Shown one piece after another: positions 13,901 through 25,626 of a stretch of DNA of 64,000 nt. The DNA is taken from positions 992,001 through 1,056,000 of the forward strand of contig NW_027271200.1 of NCBI RefSeq assembly GCF_040938485.1. The letters are read 5' to 3'. The notes beneath the pieces are model-generated. The model saw only the letters and a list, made by a program, of their open reading frames with translations. It was not told where the DNA came from and did no database searches. The translations under genes and the position numbers were made by a program. Position 1 is the first letter of the stretch. Every line of letters begins with the position of its first letter. Origin of the DNA: Diadema antillarum (lineage: Eukaryota).

Positions 13901-14046
13901 NNNNNNNNNNNNNNNNNNNNNNNNNNNNNNNNNNNNNNNNNNNNNNNNNNNNNNNNNNNNNNNNNNNNNNNNNNNNNNNNNNNNNNNNNNNNNNNNNNNN
14001 NNNNNNNNNNNNNNNNNNNNNNNNNNNNNNNNNNNNNNNNNNNNNN
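13901..14046. other. Assembly gap (N run)
   Basis: 146 N. Confidence 1.
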
Positions 14047-14269
14047 AAACGAGCTTAAAGCTCCTACTTCTTAAATCGCTTACTTCAGCAAGGGAGCCGA
14101 GCGAGTGTCCCATGGATGCACTTCTTATGTATGTACAGGGAAGTGCGACACACCGGCTGGTTTGGATTGGCTGCGCTTTCGTTTTGAGAAAAGAAAAGAA
14201 AAGAAAAGAAAGAGGCTTTCCAAAGAATGGATGAATGAGTAAACACACAAAGTAGCAAAGGTAAATAAA

Positions 14270-14435
14270 TGAATGAATGAATAAATAAATAATAGATAGA
14301 TAAATAAATAAATAAATAAATGAATAAATAAATAAATAAGTGAATTGGTAAATAAACGAATGAATAAATAAATAAACATAATTTTTGAAAATTAACTGAT
14401 CAATTGACTAGTAAATAAATGAATGAATAAATAAC
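14270..14435. repeat. (TAAA/TGAA)n low-complexity tract
   Basis: Direct reading. Confidence 0.85.
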
Positions 14436-15667
14436 TAAATCGTAATCTTTAACCGCCTCTTCAGAGCCCAGCCTACTACTCTTATCTCTATTAAAGCATT
14501 TTACGTGAATCAACTTGTCAAACCATGACATGATAATTTGGAGACAATACGCGTGCAAAGGGCATGTCAACGGGGATTTGGCGCGGGAATGGAGCGAGTC
14601 TCTTGTCACGTTTTGGCTGGCAGAGAGTGGAAATGAATATTAATATTTGCCCATCTCCCTCCCATTTTCCCCTACCCCCCCCCCCCCCCCCCCCCTCAGA
14701 ACTCACTGACCTGTCCTCACATGGAAACCTTGTGCGATCTGTTACAACGTAATCCTACGGATATAACAGGCTCATACCGATTTTCCTGTTGCCTTTTATA
14801 AGTTACTCTAGGCAATGTTTGACCTTCTGCATTCACACTGCCAGTCTGCACATACACGTGATATCTCATACTTATGTCTAATACATGTATAGTGCATCTG
14901 TTATATACTCATAATGTTTCTGAGTCCCAATGTATAGTGCCTTACCAAGGACACCATAGATAAAAATATTCCTCAGAAAATGACAAGTTTATGATAATTT
15001 GCATTGTCGCTGTTCCAGCACAGGTTCAATTTCCTCGTAATTCAGATGGACTATTTTGGTTGTTTGGATTCGCAAGTCACGTGCCAAATTTGCCTATCAT
15101 CGTGAACAAAATTTTGGAAAACGCAGTCTTGATTAACCCAACCTATTGAAAATATTTCACAATGAAGTTATGCGTTCGACACAATAGTGAAGTTATCGAA
15201 TGCTTCCTTTATGTTGTAGATTTTTTGATGATTTAGTCCAGATGTAGTGTAATTGTTCGGTATGCATCCTGCGTCAGTAAAAGTCAACTTCTTTTCCTTT
15301 CTGGTAAACACCACTGCTAATCTGGGATAATTACGAATAACTGTAGCCTCATGTTCACACTACTCGTAATAGTCACGCGCATGGAATCACTTGCGCGTGT
15401 CTGCGTGTGAATGTGCATGGTGTGAGTTTGGTTTGCCACTAGTTTTGACGAGTGAAGGCGAAGCGACTTAATAGCGACGATCGCGGCGCCCTCACATGAG
15501 TGTAATAAATTGGGATATGTGCGCTTTATCCTACGTGCGTTCATTGTGCATTTGTATGTTTTTACGTGTGCTCTTTTGCTTGTTGGCAAGACACGGAGGT
15601 AACATTGGGTGGTTCACACTGACAGGATGTGTATTGCGTGCCTCTATTAATCAAATATGGGCCCTGT

Positions 15668-16184
15668 CCTAGCACGCTCGCTGCTTTGATGGCGATGAGT
15701 GATCTGACAGTGTCTCTCCAACTTCCTGCCATGGATGTCATGGCGTGACATCTCCTTTAACTCTCTCGGTCCCGTCGGTCACATGCTCATGCACAATGTC
15801 GGTAGGATTTTAGGATGGTGGCGGTAAAAGGGTTAACACAGCACCCAGTGGCGGATTGGGGGGGGGGGGGGGAGGGGCTGCGCCGGGCGCGTGCCCCCTC
15901 TTTATTTTTTGGTAAAACAAAATAAAAGGGGGGGGGGGGGGGGAACGCGTGCAACCCCCTTTAATTTTGTAAAGGCGCCATGGAGCGCCTCCCCTTTACG
16001 GAATTCCTGGATCCGCCAATGGCACCTAGCATGCTCGCTCCTCTGACAGTGTCTCTCCAACTTCCTGCCATGGATGGCATGGCGTGACATCTCCTTCAAC
16101 TCTCTCGGTCCCGTCCGTCACGTGCTCATGTACAATGTCAGTAGGATTTTAGGATGGTGGAAGTAAAAGGGTTAACACAGCACC
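15668..16184 (+). repeat. Direct duplication of a 160-180 bp unit interrupted by the MITE
   Basis: 15668-15845 and 16025-16184 are highly similar. The first copy has about 20 extra nt. Confidence 0.85.
15846..16021. mobile_element. MITE, CAGTGGCGGAT..ATCCGCCAATG, 5-bp TSD GCACC
   Basis: Short TIRs, poly-G interior, and GCACC on both flanks. Confidence 0.75.
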
Positions 16185-16641
16185 TTGCTCCTGTCTTCTA
16201 ACCCCCGGTGATTGTCGTGGTATCACGCCGTGCGGGCAGATCCCCTGACTACCTACCCCGAGTCTCCCATGGAGCATACAGCATGTACAGGAAACAGCTC
16301 TCTTAATTTAGGCAACTTACGTGTATGTAAAAGCTGGAGTCATCGAGAGTGTGGGCCCAATTTACGAGGGGCGGGTGCAAATGCTGTCGGTCATTTGCAC
16401 GTTGGATTCAGGAATAAAAAGATACAACATGTGGTCACCAAGACCCCTTCATTCCAAGAAAGCGCACTGTAAATTATCACCGTATACGTTATAATTTTAA
16501 TTCGATGATGAAAATGACCAATTATTAGCGAGCAAATTTGATATTTTGCCTTACGCCTTAGTAATATCTTTAAACTCTTTCTCTTTATGTACTTAATACA
16601 TACACGCACATATATATACACACACACACACACACATATTA

Positions 16642-16688
<47 letters not shown>

Positions 16689-17820
16689 TTCCATCCATTT
16701 ATTTTTTATACTTTTTGTTACCACTGCAAAGTATGTATTGTTTATATTTATTCATGAATAAGAATATGTATTACTGTATAACAACTTTAGGATCTGCATT
16801 GTTTGCAAACTTGATAATATGATTTATTAATGTATACTTTGTATTTGAAATTACTTTTCTGTTGGATGAAAGAAAAGCTAAATCAAATTGAATTGAATTT
16901 TATTGAATAAGTACAGGTTCGTACGAAGATTTGTTGCTATACCACTCTCTTACTGCCGACAAAACACAAGAATGCAAGGAATCTTGTCTATAATAAGGTG
17001 GAGTCACACGGTTACTTTATTATTCTTTAATAAACAAACTAGTGTTGATGCTTTAAAAAAATCAAAGATTGTATAATCAACTGAAAGTGCAAAGTAGTGA
17101 ACTTTGAGAGTTATAGACACAAGATGGGAATGTAAATGACAGGGATGAACAATCTATTGAGGTGACAGAAAGGTATACTTGTGCATCAGTGGTGAACCTC
17201 TGCCCTCAACGTTTCCTGGCATCACGACGACAGCCTCGATCGCCTCTCCGCCGGTAGCAAATCATCTGTACGATTGATGAGACAATATGATGACACAAGT
17301 GACAGAGCTAGCAACAAATTAGTCATTATTCATGATACTTCAACGTGATAAACGACGATCATAATATTCATAATGACTATCATTTCATTTGTTTCCATAT
17401 CCAAATAATACAAGATTATAACAAAGTAGCATATAAGATTTGTACAGGAAGTTGAAATGTCATGAAGTAAATACAATTACAAACAATTGCAAAAGTATAA
17501 CATAAATTATGTGCACTGTATAACAGCTTCACTTACAAACAATACGCTTGATTTACATAATTTGGTCATCGTGAAATCATTGAGTTAATTCCAGGGTAAA
17601 TATACGGTATGAAGCATGATCCTCATTGTGTGTGATAAAGACACGTTGTAATCATAAAGATTTTGATATTGAACATGCAATCCGCATCAAAATAATACGT
17701 CCTCGACTACAGGTGGGAAAGGGGGAGAGAAACTAGAACTGTCAACTCTGTGGAATGACAGTACTGCTCCGTCTCTTTCTCTTTCTTTTTTTATTTTGTC
17801 TTGTCATTGAGTCTCCTTTA

Positions 17821-18107
17821 CTCTCTAAAAAATCGAGTGAAAATATTCACTCTTGAAGGAGTGAATACAAAAAAAGAGTGAATTTCGAGTGAAATTGGAG
17901 TAAATTTTGAGTGAAAATGTTCAATTTCACTCGTTTTAGAGTAACGTCAGGGATCACTCCAAAATCTTCTAGTGATCCCTGTATGAGGTCACTCCAAAAT
18001 GAGTGAAAATGAAAATGAACATTTTCACTCGAAATTCACTCCAATTTCACTCTTTTTTGTATTTACTCCTTCAAAAGTGAATATTTTCACTCGATTTTTT
18101 AGATAGT
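17821..18107. mobile_element. Fold-back MITE with TA flanks
   Basis: TA|CTCTCTAAAAAATCGAGTGAAAATATTCAC ... GTGAATATTTTCACTCGATTTTTTAGATAG|TA. It is almost entirely palindromic with internal GAGTGAAA repeats. Confidence 0.8.
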
Positions 18108-18136
18108 ATATATATAAATAAATAAATATATATATA

Positions 18137-18176
<40 letters not shown>

Positions 18177-18756
18177 TATATTCTTGATCACCTTGTACTT
18201 ACTTCATTTTTTTTTTTCGTCATCATCCCCATACACGTACCCACACGGCAAGGGTGCGCTATAATTATTATCGTATTATTCTAAAATTGAGCTGGAATTT
18301 GTTGCGTATCTAATTGTAATGTGGCATACGTCGAAACATAATTATGTTCATTTTCTTGGAAGTGTCCATGTATAATTCATGTCCGTCGACATGTTGAGAT
18401 CGTGCATGGAGACACCTGCTTATGATTATAAATAGACATGCGATATTGATGAATAGCGCAGTCGCTCAGTGTCGATCTCCGCTTCTTTTTTTTTCCTTGT
18501 CCGTTTTCTTCTTATATGAGTGAAGGGAAATGACTGTTTTGGCTTAATGTTCATAATCCTATTTTCTTGAAAAAACAGGAGATAACAAAAAATGAATCGC
18601 ATATACCATGTAGAGCACAGTTGAAGATTTACGAACTGCTACCGCTGCCAACTAGTAAGATAGACTTCATGCCAGGTTTCCTTATCTTTTTTTCAATGCA
18701 GCTATAATGTATGTCAGTCATAATTCTCAGGACTCACTTGCTTTAATACTCGCCAT

Positions 18757-19864
18757 TCATTGGACCACGTCATCGGAAGGACCATCGCGGGAGTAAGCGA
18801 GGAGCCCACATGCAATGCAGAGACTGGTGACGAAGGCTACGGAGCCAAGGTGGCCGTACTTTTCAGTCGGTTTCGAAGTTCTCATTCCAGAGCTGATTGA
18901 TACGGTTTGCAGTTAAGGGAATGACATTAATGTGTGACTTGTATTCATGATCACAGTGGACATTTTAGTTTTATGGGGGCGCTAAGGCATAGGGGATAAG
19001 ACTACCGACTCCCAGTCGGAGGATCCGAGTTCGATTCCCGCCCAATACTTACATCCTAAGACAAGAATAATGTTTTTACCCACCCCGTCCCTCTCGACCC
19101 AGGAACATTTACCTGGCAATGCATGGGGTAATGATAATGGCAGGGCCCTCTATAGTAGAGCATTGGCAACACTGAAGAGGCTACTTTGGATAAAGAAGAC
19201 CTTAATTGTTTATTTGTTTATTTATTTATTCATTTCCAGCAATAGGGTGGATATAGCCCTTTCAGCACGGCTGATTTTCAAAGGGGTCCACTTGACATAC
19301 ATAAAAATCCACATAAAACAACAACAGTAATAAATGCATAATAAAAACTTATACACCATGGGTATAAAGTCATTGTAAAAAAGTCGAGACGTTAATATGA
19401 TACATTACAATAATTGCGGAAACCGAAAAAAACATCACTATAAAACAGTTACTTTGTTATGTAATGATATAAAGTGATTTTTCTTATAATATATAGAATA
19501 TAAATATTATCCTTGTTATCATTATTATCATTATACTTGCATAATTTTATGAAACTAGAAACACCTTCACCATTCATCTAGAGCACTGATGTCTGATGCC
19601 TTTAACTCTTTTAGATCCCGCTGATATTTTTGTAGTTTATTTTGTGCTGAACTTTGCGTTATCCTTTATAATATCGACGATGTAATTTTGATGAGAGAAA
19701 AACACGTACACCGACGAAATTCTCATAATACTTAAGTATACAAAAGGATACAAAAGGAGCCACGACACCAGGACGATCCCAATGGCCAGGAGGATGACCG
19801 GAAGCTGAGAGAGGACGGTGAAAGGAGTGGTCACGTACATGACCGTCGTCTCCCAGGCCGCTAG
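18757..19864 (-). CDS. TMEM258-like diverged paralogue (two internal exons; first coding exon uncertain)
   Basis: Exon 19864-19752 (tttacag|CTA...CTT TT|gtatcctttt) and exon 18892-18757 give LAAWETTVMYVTTPFTVLSQLPVILLAIGIVLVSWLL-F-SGMRTSKPTEKYGHLGSVAFVTSLCIACGLLAYSRDGPSDDVVQ*. This aligns to TMEM258 (ILL[A/S]IG..[..]W.L; VA.V.SL...G.L) and has the same phase-2 intron with U12 signals. Confidence 0.75.
18974..19125 (+). mobile_element. Degenerate tRNA-SINE 5' fragment inside the paralogue U12 intron
   Basis: A tRNA-like head ending in the B box gagttcgattccc, followed by ccaccccgtccctctcgacccagg. Confidence 0.5.
19742..19751 (-). other. U12-type 5' splice site of the TMEM258-like paralogue
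   Basis: Donor GTATCCTTTT, with branch point TTCCCTTAAC at 18921-18912 about 20 nt upstream of the AG at 18894-18893. Confidence 0.8.
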
Positions 19865-20650
19865 CTGTAAATTAATCGGTTGATCGATGGTACCAATAAA
19901 GATACAGTCAACGATTTTTTTTTCCGTCACGGATTATCCAGCAATGCACGGTGGTTGCCTGGGTCGCAAGATCTTGAAGTCATAATGTGCAAAAAGCATT
20001 CCTACCAGGGAGGTGCAATGGAAATAATTGAATCTCTTCGCATTTACTAGTACAGTGTAGTGCAAATTTATGTGTAGGCCTTTGTTGTGTTTTACAGTAT
20101 GACTATTATGGGTAGACTTACTGAATGATTTTCTTTCCATTGGTTTTGATATTCTATGCTCCAAATTCAAATCATCTTCGTCATTGATGTTTTCTGGATC
20201 AAGAAACAAGAGAGAAGGGAATTACATTTTGGTGTTCGTCACTGATCGCATGCACACTGTACACATGGCAAACGCGAGGGATTTAAAGGGGCATTCCAGA
20301 CGATTTCCATAATTTCACATCATGAGGTATGGCATAAATCGACAGCTCCATGTATAGATTTGTGAAATTTATTGTGATCCTTGAACAGAGAAATACATAT
20401 TTTGAAAAATAAATTACACTGAACAATGTTGATGACACAGGAGGCTCACATAATATTTCAGAAATGAAACAGGTTCGATTCTCTCACGACTTCTCGCAGA
20501 CGTGGTGCTCGCTCAATGTTTATAAGGGGAACGTATAGGTGATTCCACGTATGAGGGCGCTGTACAATGTGCTATTTCAGTCTGTGCTATATGTGCAAGC
20601 ATTGTAGCACAAAACTGAATACCGTGTACCATTACAAACAAGGAAAAGTA

Positions 20651-21721
20651 GAAATTACGCGGTGCGTAATATATGTCCCCGCCGGAAGTAGCATTTAGAA
20701 GCAAAATGTACAATATAGGTAAAAAGATGAAGGTCAAAGGTCAAAGAAGTCAAAGGTCAAAATTCTATGTAGAAGTTTTGAAGCCCTCACCTAGTGCCAT
20801 CACATAAAGCAAACGGAATCGAAATCGGGTTAGAAATGGCGAAGGAGTAGCATTTTGTAGCCAGTGTACAATATAGGTAAAAAAATCAAGGTCAAAGGTC
20901 AAAGAAGTCAAAGGTCAAAATTCTGTGTAGAAGTTTTGAAGCCCTCACCTAGTGCCATCACTTAAAGCAAACGGAATTGAAATCGGGTTACAAATGGCAA
21001 AGGAGTAGCATTTTGTAGCAAAATGTACAATAACGGTCAAAAATCAAGGTCAAAGATCAAAATTCTGTGTAGAAGTTTTGAAGCCCTCACCTAGTGCCAT
21101 CACATAAAGCAAACGGAATCAAAATCGGGTTAGAAATGGCGAAGGAGTAGCATTTTGTAGCCAGTGTACAATATAGGTAAAAAAATCAAGGTCAAAGGTC
21201 AAAGAAGTCAAAGGTCAAAATTCTGTGTAGAAGTTTTGAAGCCCTCACCTAGTGCCATCACTTAAAGCAAACGGAATTGAAATCGGGTTACAAATGGCAA
21301 AGGAGTAGCATTTTGTAGCAAAATGTACAATATAGGTCAAAAATGAAGGTCAAAGGTCAAAGAAGTCAAAGGTCAAAATTCTGTGTAGAAGTTTTGAAGC
21401 CCTCACCTAGTGCCATCATATAAAGCAAACGGAACCAAAATCGGGTTAGAAATGGCGAAGGAGTAGCATTTTGAAGCAAAATGTACAATATAGGTCAAAG
21501 GTCAAGGTCAAAGGTCACAATTGAAATTCTGTATAGAAGTTTCAAAGCTCCCATGTAGTGCTATCATATAAAGCAAACAGAATCAAAATCGGGTTAGAAA
21601 TGGCGAAGGAGTAGCATTTTGAACATTTTGATCACACACGGACGCACACACGGACGGACACACACACGTACGGAGCCCGTTTCATAGTCCCCTGCTCGAA
21701 CTCGTTCGGCGGGGACAATAA
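20651..21721 (-). mobile_element. Helentron-associated interspersed element (HINE/DINE-1/Tsp-like) carrying a tandem array
   Basis: Subterminal inverted repeats TGTCCCCGCCG (20674-20684) and CGGCGGGGACA (21707-21717), a 3' hairpin ATTACGC-GGT-GCGTAAT (20654-20670), a GTCC/GTGT microsatellite near the 5' end, and A/T-run flanks. Confidence 0.8.
20690..21620 (+). repeat. Tandem array of about 160-bp units (about 5-6) with 300-bp higher-order dimer
   Basis: The core tgtagaagttttgaagccctcacctagtgccatca recurs at about 20768, 20927, 21068, 21227 and 21385. The line at 20761 is nearly identical to the line at 21061. Confidence 0.9.
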
Positions 21722-22569
21722 AATGCAGATATAAGTTTATGCGCGCACTCTGATCAAGTTCAAAGAGATAAAACAAAGGACAGAACAAAAAAAAAAACCA
21801 CACAAAATGGTAAGCTTGGAAAATTTTAACCGTTTCGTGATTCGTTTGAACAGATGAAAAACACCTAAATCTCGTACCCACATGGAAGAAAGTATGTTTT
21901 AACACAAAACAAACACAAACGTCATACACGCATACATAGTATTTCGTCAATTCGTTTTTCATCTTCATATGGTGAAAATACATCTTTTGAGTTTTTTTTT
22001 TGTATTTTGTTTTCATAATAACGTGCACTGTCAAAATGGAAGTGAATTAAGTGTTCAAACTTGTAAGTCTGTACTTTCAGACCGTTATTCACTTACCAAG
22101 TAGCTACTGCAGAAAAGCCAAATTCAAACCACCTGCATAATAATATTTTGAGTCTCCGAATTGATAATCAAGGCGCGTTACAGCAGCCCCCACGAAATAG
22201 TCAACAATTAAACAGAAAACACCTTTACCTTACAAAGCACGGAATCTCTGAGTACGGACAAAACCTGCAAGGAGGTGTTGGTAGTGAAGTGATTTTGACT
22301 TACCGCGTATGCGATATTGCCGCACATACTGAACTTGATAGTGGAAAATGTGTGTGGTCAATGTCCACCGAAAACCATCAAACTGCGTTAATGACCAACA
22401 GGTATAGGTATAGCGAAGACGCAAGTGTACACGCCTAGTGCTGGCATGTGGAACAGGACGCCTTTATTGACGGCCAGCTATATGCAGGTCAAATCAAACG
22501 GTTGATTAACTTTTAGCTATTTCATCTTTTTGTTGAAGGGTGTTAAATAGCGTTGTTTGCGCTTGAGAA

Positions 22570-22570
<1 letters not shown>

Positions 22571-22640
<70 letters not shown>
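22571..22640. repeat. (TG)n microsatellite
   Basis: Direct reading. Confidence 0.95.
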
Positions 22641-22643
<3 letters not shown>

Positions 22644-23296
22644 ATGAATACCCTTGCAATCCGGGATATAATCGTTATTACTGTACAGGATTTTTTATTC
22701 TAATAAGTAAACTAATGAAAGTGAGGGAATTTATGATGGAGGCCTACTCGCAATATGTGAAAAACTGAGCGGCGGCGCCAGAATGAACGCCATCTTGGAT
22801 TACGTAAAACGCCCATATGAGGATTTTCAGTACGTTATTCTAGACATATTTCTTTACCTATCCCGAAAAAAAAAAAATATCAGCTTGTTACCAAAATGTC
22901 CAGTTGACCTAATGCTCTTGGCCTAATAACCAAGACTACCGGCTTGTTCTGTTCATGTACTTCGTTTGAGCACTTTCTTTGCCTTACTTTGAATTGCTTC
23001 ATTGTGAATACTGCTGTTGTTGGTGTGCATGTTTATTTTTGTCCCATTGCTGGTTTTGTTTTAATGAGAATGCCGCTTTATTGTTTGTGTGCACATTGAT
23101 TTATGTCATATTTGTAGTACATAAATCGATAGTGCCATGTATATTTGTGGAACTTATTGTGGTTCTTGAGCAGATAAACCAATTTGTACTCTAAAAACCC
23201 CATTACAAATTACACTGAACAAGGATGATGACAATGTGATGTTCCAGTAATGTCGCAACGCAAACCATTACATTACGATTTCCTTAATAAAACTAA

Positions 23297-23645
23297 AGGC
23301 CCCGTCACACTACAGCGAATGCCCAACGAATGCCCAACGTACGTCCAATAAATTTGAAAATTTGAAGATATGTTAACATCCATTGGTAATACAGGTGTAC
23401 TAGAATAGTTCGTAACATGCTTGGCGTTCTTTGTATTCATTAGCTATTCGTCGGGATTCGCAGAGATACGCTGGAGCCGATTTTATCTTTTAAACATGTC
23501 CAAAATCTCCAGCGTATCTTTGCGAATCCCTGAGTAGCTAATGAATTCAAAGAACGTCAGACATGCAAACTGTCTTCACATTTTCGAATTCGTTGGACTT
23601 TCGCTTGGCATTCGTTGGGCATTCGCTGTAGTGTGACGGGGGCCT
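23297..23645. mobile_element. PIF/Harbinger-type MITE
   Basis: TAA|AGGCCCCGTCACACTACAGCGAATGCCCAACGAATGCC ... GGCATTCGTTGGGCATTCGCTGTAGTGTGACGGGGGCCT|TAA. Confidence 0.85.
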
Positions 23646-24037
23646 TAATGTACAAGTATGACAGAAAAAAATAACTTCACCTGTGTAGAATTTATGCAAG
23701 CTTTATTCTTTTGTTCTTCTTCCATAACCCTAATTCTGCTTTCTTATATGAAGCTGCTATCATTGACTTTGATCCCCCTCAGTCCCCCCCCCCTCATGTG
23801 TACAACACGTATTCTCATTACACTCATTCTCACACTTGTGGGCAAGGATAAATATGCAAACATACACGTATATTCACTGACTTTCCCACACACGTATTTG
23901 CAAGCACGCATTACAGATGTACTTTCCTCATTTAAACACACACGATAGAACAGCAATCCGGACAGCAAGCGTTGCATAGTAAGTGTGCATGTGTGTATTT
24001 GTGTCTATGTATAACATGATTCAATTCTGTTTTGCTG

Positions 24038-24173
24038 NNNNNNNNNNNNNNNNNNNNNNNNNNNNNNNNNNNNNNNNNNNNNNNNNNNNNNNNNNNNNNN
24101 NNNNNNNNNNNNNNNNNNNNNNNNNNNNNNNNNNNNNNNNNNNNNNNNNNNNNNNNNNNNNNNNNNNNNNNNN
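24038..24173. other. Assembly gap (N run)
   Basis: 136 N. Confidence 1.
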
Positions 24174-25449
24174 CTGTTATCAATCAGACCAATGAGATGC
24201 TATATGTTTATAGTATCAAGTGATAACTTCTACTTCTGTGAAAAAAAAAAGTTGTATACATTGTACAAGGATATCATATTGTAATACTTTTGTGTCCAAA
24301 TTATGTTACATGTACTTTGTTAGAGCAGTACCAGTTTATAATACATCACCTTGCCTTTGTATTAGTTGAATGGAAACAAATAAATGCCACTGAAAAAAAG
24401 AGAGTGTCTGTGTGTATGTGCATGTGTGTGTGCGAGTGAGTTTGTGCATGCACATTTCACTTATACATGAATGATTGCACAGTCTACATGTATATGAGTT
24501 CATCCATCTTTGTCTCTATCTACAGTGCTAAAAAAAAATCACTCTCTCACAGTTCAGTGGCAACGTGAAGGATACTGCAAGGATTTTTTTAATTTCTTTT
24601 CTTCTGTACAGGAAACATTTCTGAACTACAAGTGAACATGGTACATTTCCTATACATGTACACTCTGTATCTTGGTGTTCAAATATTTTTTTTCTCCTGT
24701 TGGCCTGTATCGTCAATTACAAATACATTGTACTAGACACATACGACACTAGAAAAATACGCAATTTCTACCCTTCTTTTACATTTCTTTGTACTTTTTT
24801 TTATTTTATTTTCTTCTGAACTTTTTCAGTGTGATAGCAGAAACTCTCCTGGAAATCCATGCAAAATTTCCAGAAATATTTCTGCTATCATCATAATCAT
24901 GACAACAATGATGAGAGGAGGGATTTAAAGACAACAAACACTTGGTTTAAAAAAAGAAAGTGATACGTGTATACACAATTTCAAATTCATCCTCTGCATC
25001 AGAGAAAATATAACAGCACTTTGAATTGTCTCTGCAGTACTGGACAACTTATGTCCCGACTCCCTTTCCCATGCTTAAACAAAATATGGAAAAAATGTAT
25101 GTGATCCCATTTCATGAACCTTTACTCACTTGGACAGCGATGGCTGTAAACCTGGACTTATCCATTTCATGTTGTACATGTATTTCAAGCCGCAAAGTGC
25201 TGCTTGGAATATTTCCAGCCAACTAATTCCATCTTGTCCAACATTTAAACCAATTACTGCATGTCATAATTTGCTGTTGGGGATAGGATTAGAACAAGGT
25301 TACAGCCAAACTGCCAAAACTGCACCCCCCCCCCCACCCCAAATCCCCAAACCAAACAAGCCAGAAAAACCATGTGACTGCAGATATCAGCAACTCTCAG
25401 AGAACATGATTACCAGGGAACCTCAAATAGCTAACACATATACATACGT

Positions 25450-25626
25450 CAGGGGCGGATCCAGAAATTCCGTAAAGAGGGGGCGTGTTTACAAAATTAA
25501 AGGGGGGGGGGGGGGGGGGCGCACGCACCCCTCCCCCATTGTTTTCTTTTTATTTCTTCTGTTTCAACAAAAAATAAAGGGGGGGGGGACGTGCGCCGGT
25601 TGCGGTCCTCCGTGGATCCGCCCCTG
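25450..25626. mobile_element. MITE, CAGGGGCGGATCC..GGATCCGCCCCTG, 5-bp TSD TACGT
   Basis: 13-bp TIR and TACGT on both flanks. A homologous copy lies at 55730-55886. Confidence 0.8.

Noticed and set aside
20690-21620. Regularly spaced repeats resembling a CRISPR array
   Set aside because: The sequences between the repeats are themselves repeated rather than unique spacers, the context is eukaryotic, and no cas genes are present.
1883-23194. Short ORFs with YIYI, CVCV, SLSL or poly-G/P runs
   Set aside because: They are translations of microsatellites and homopolymers.
24826-24894. SECIS, H/ACA or canonical C/D snoRNA readings of the hairpin
   Set aside because: There is no GA/GA quartet and no upstream in-frame UGA for a SECIS, and no second hairpin or H box for H/ACA. 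A C/D guide would be sequestered in the stem, and I recognised no rRNA target.
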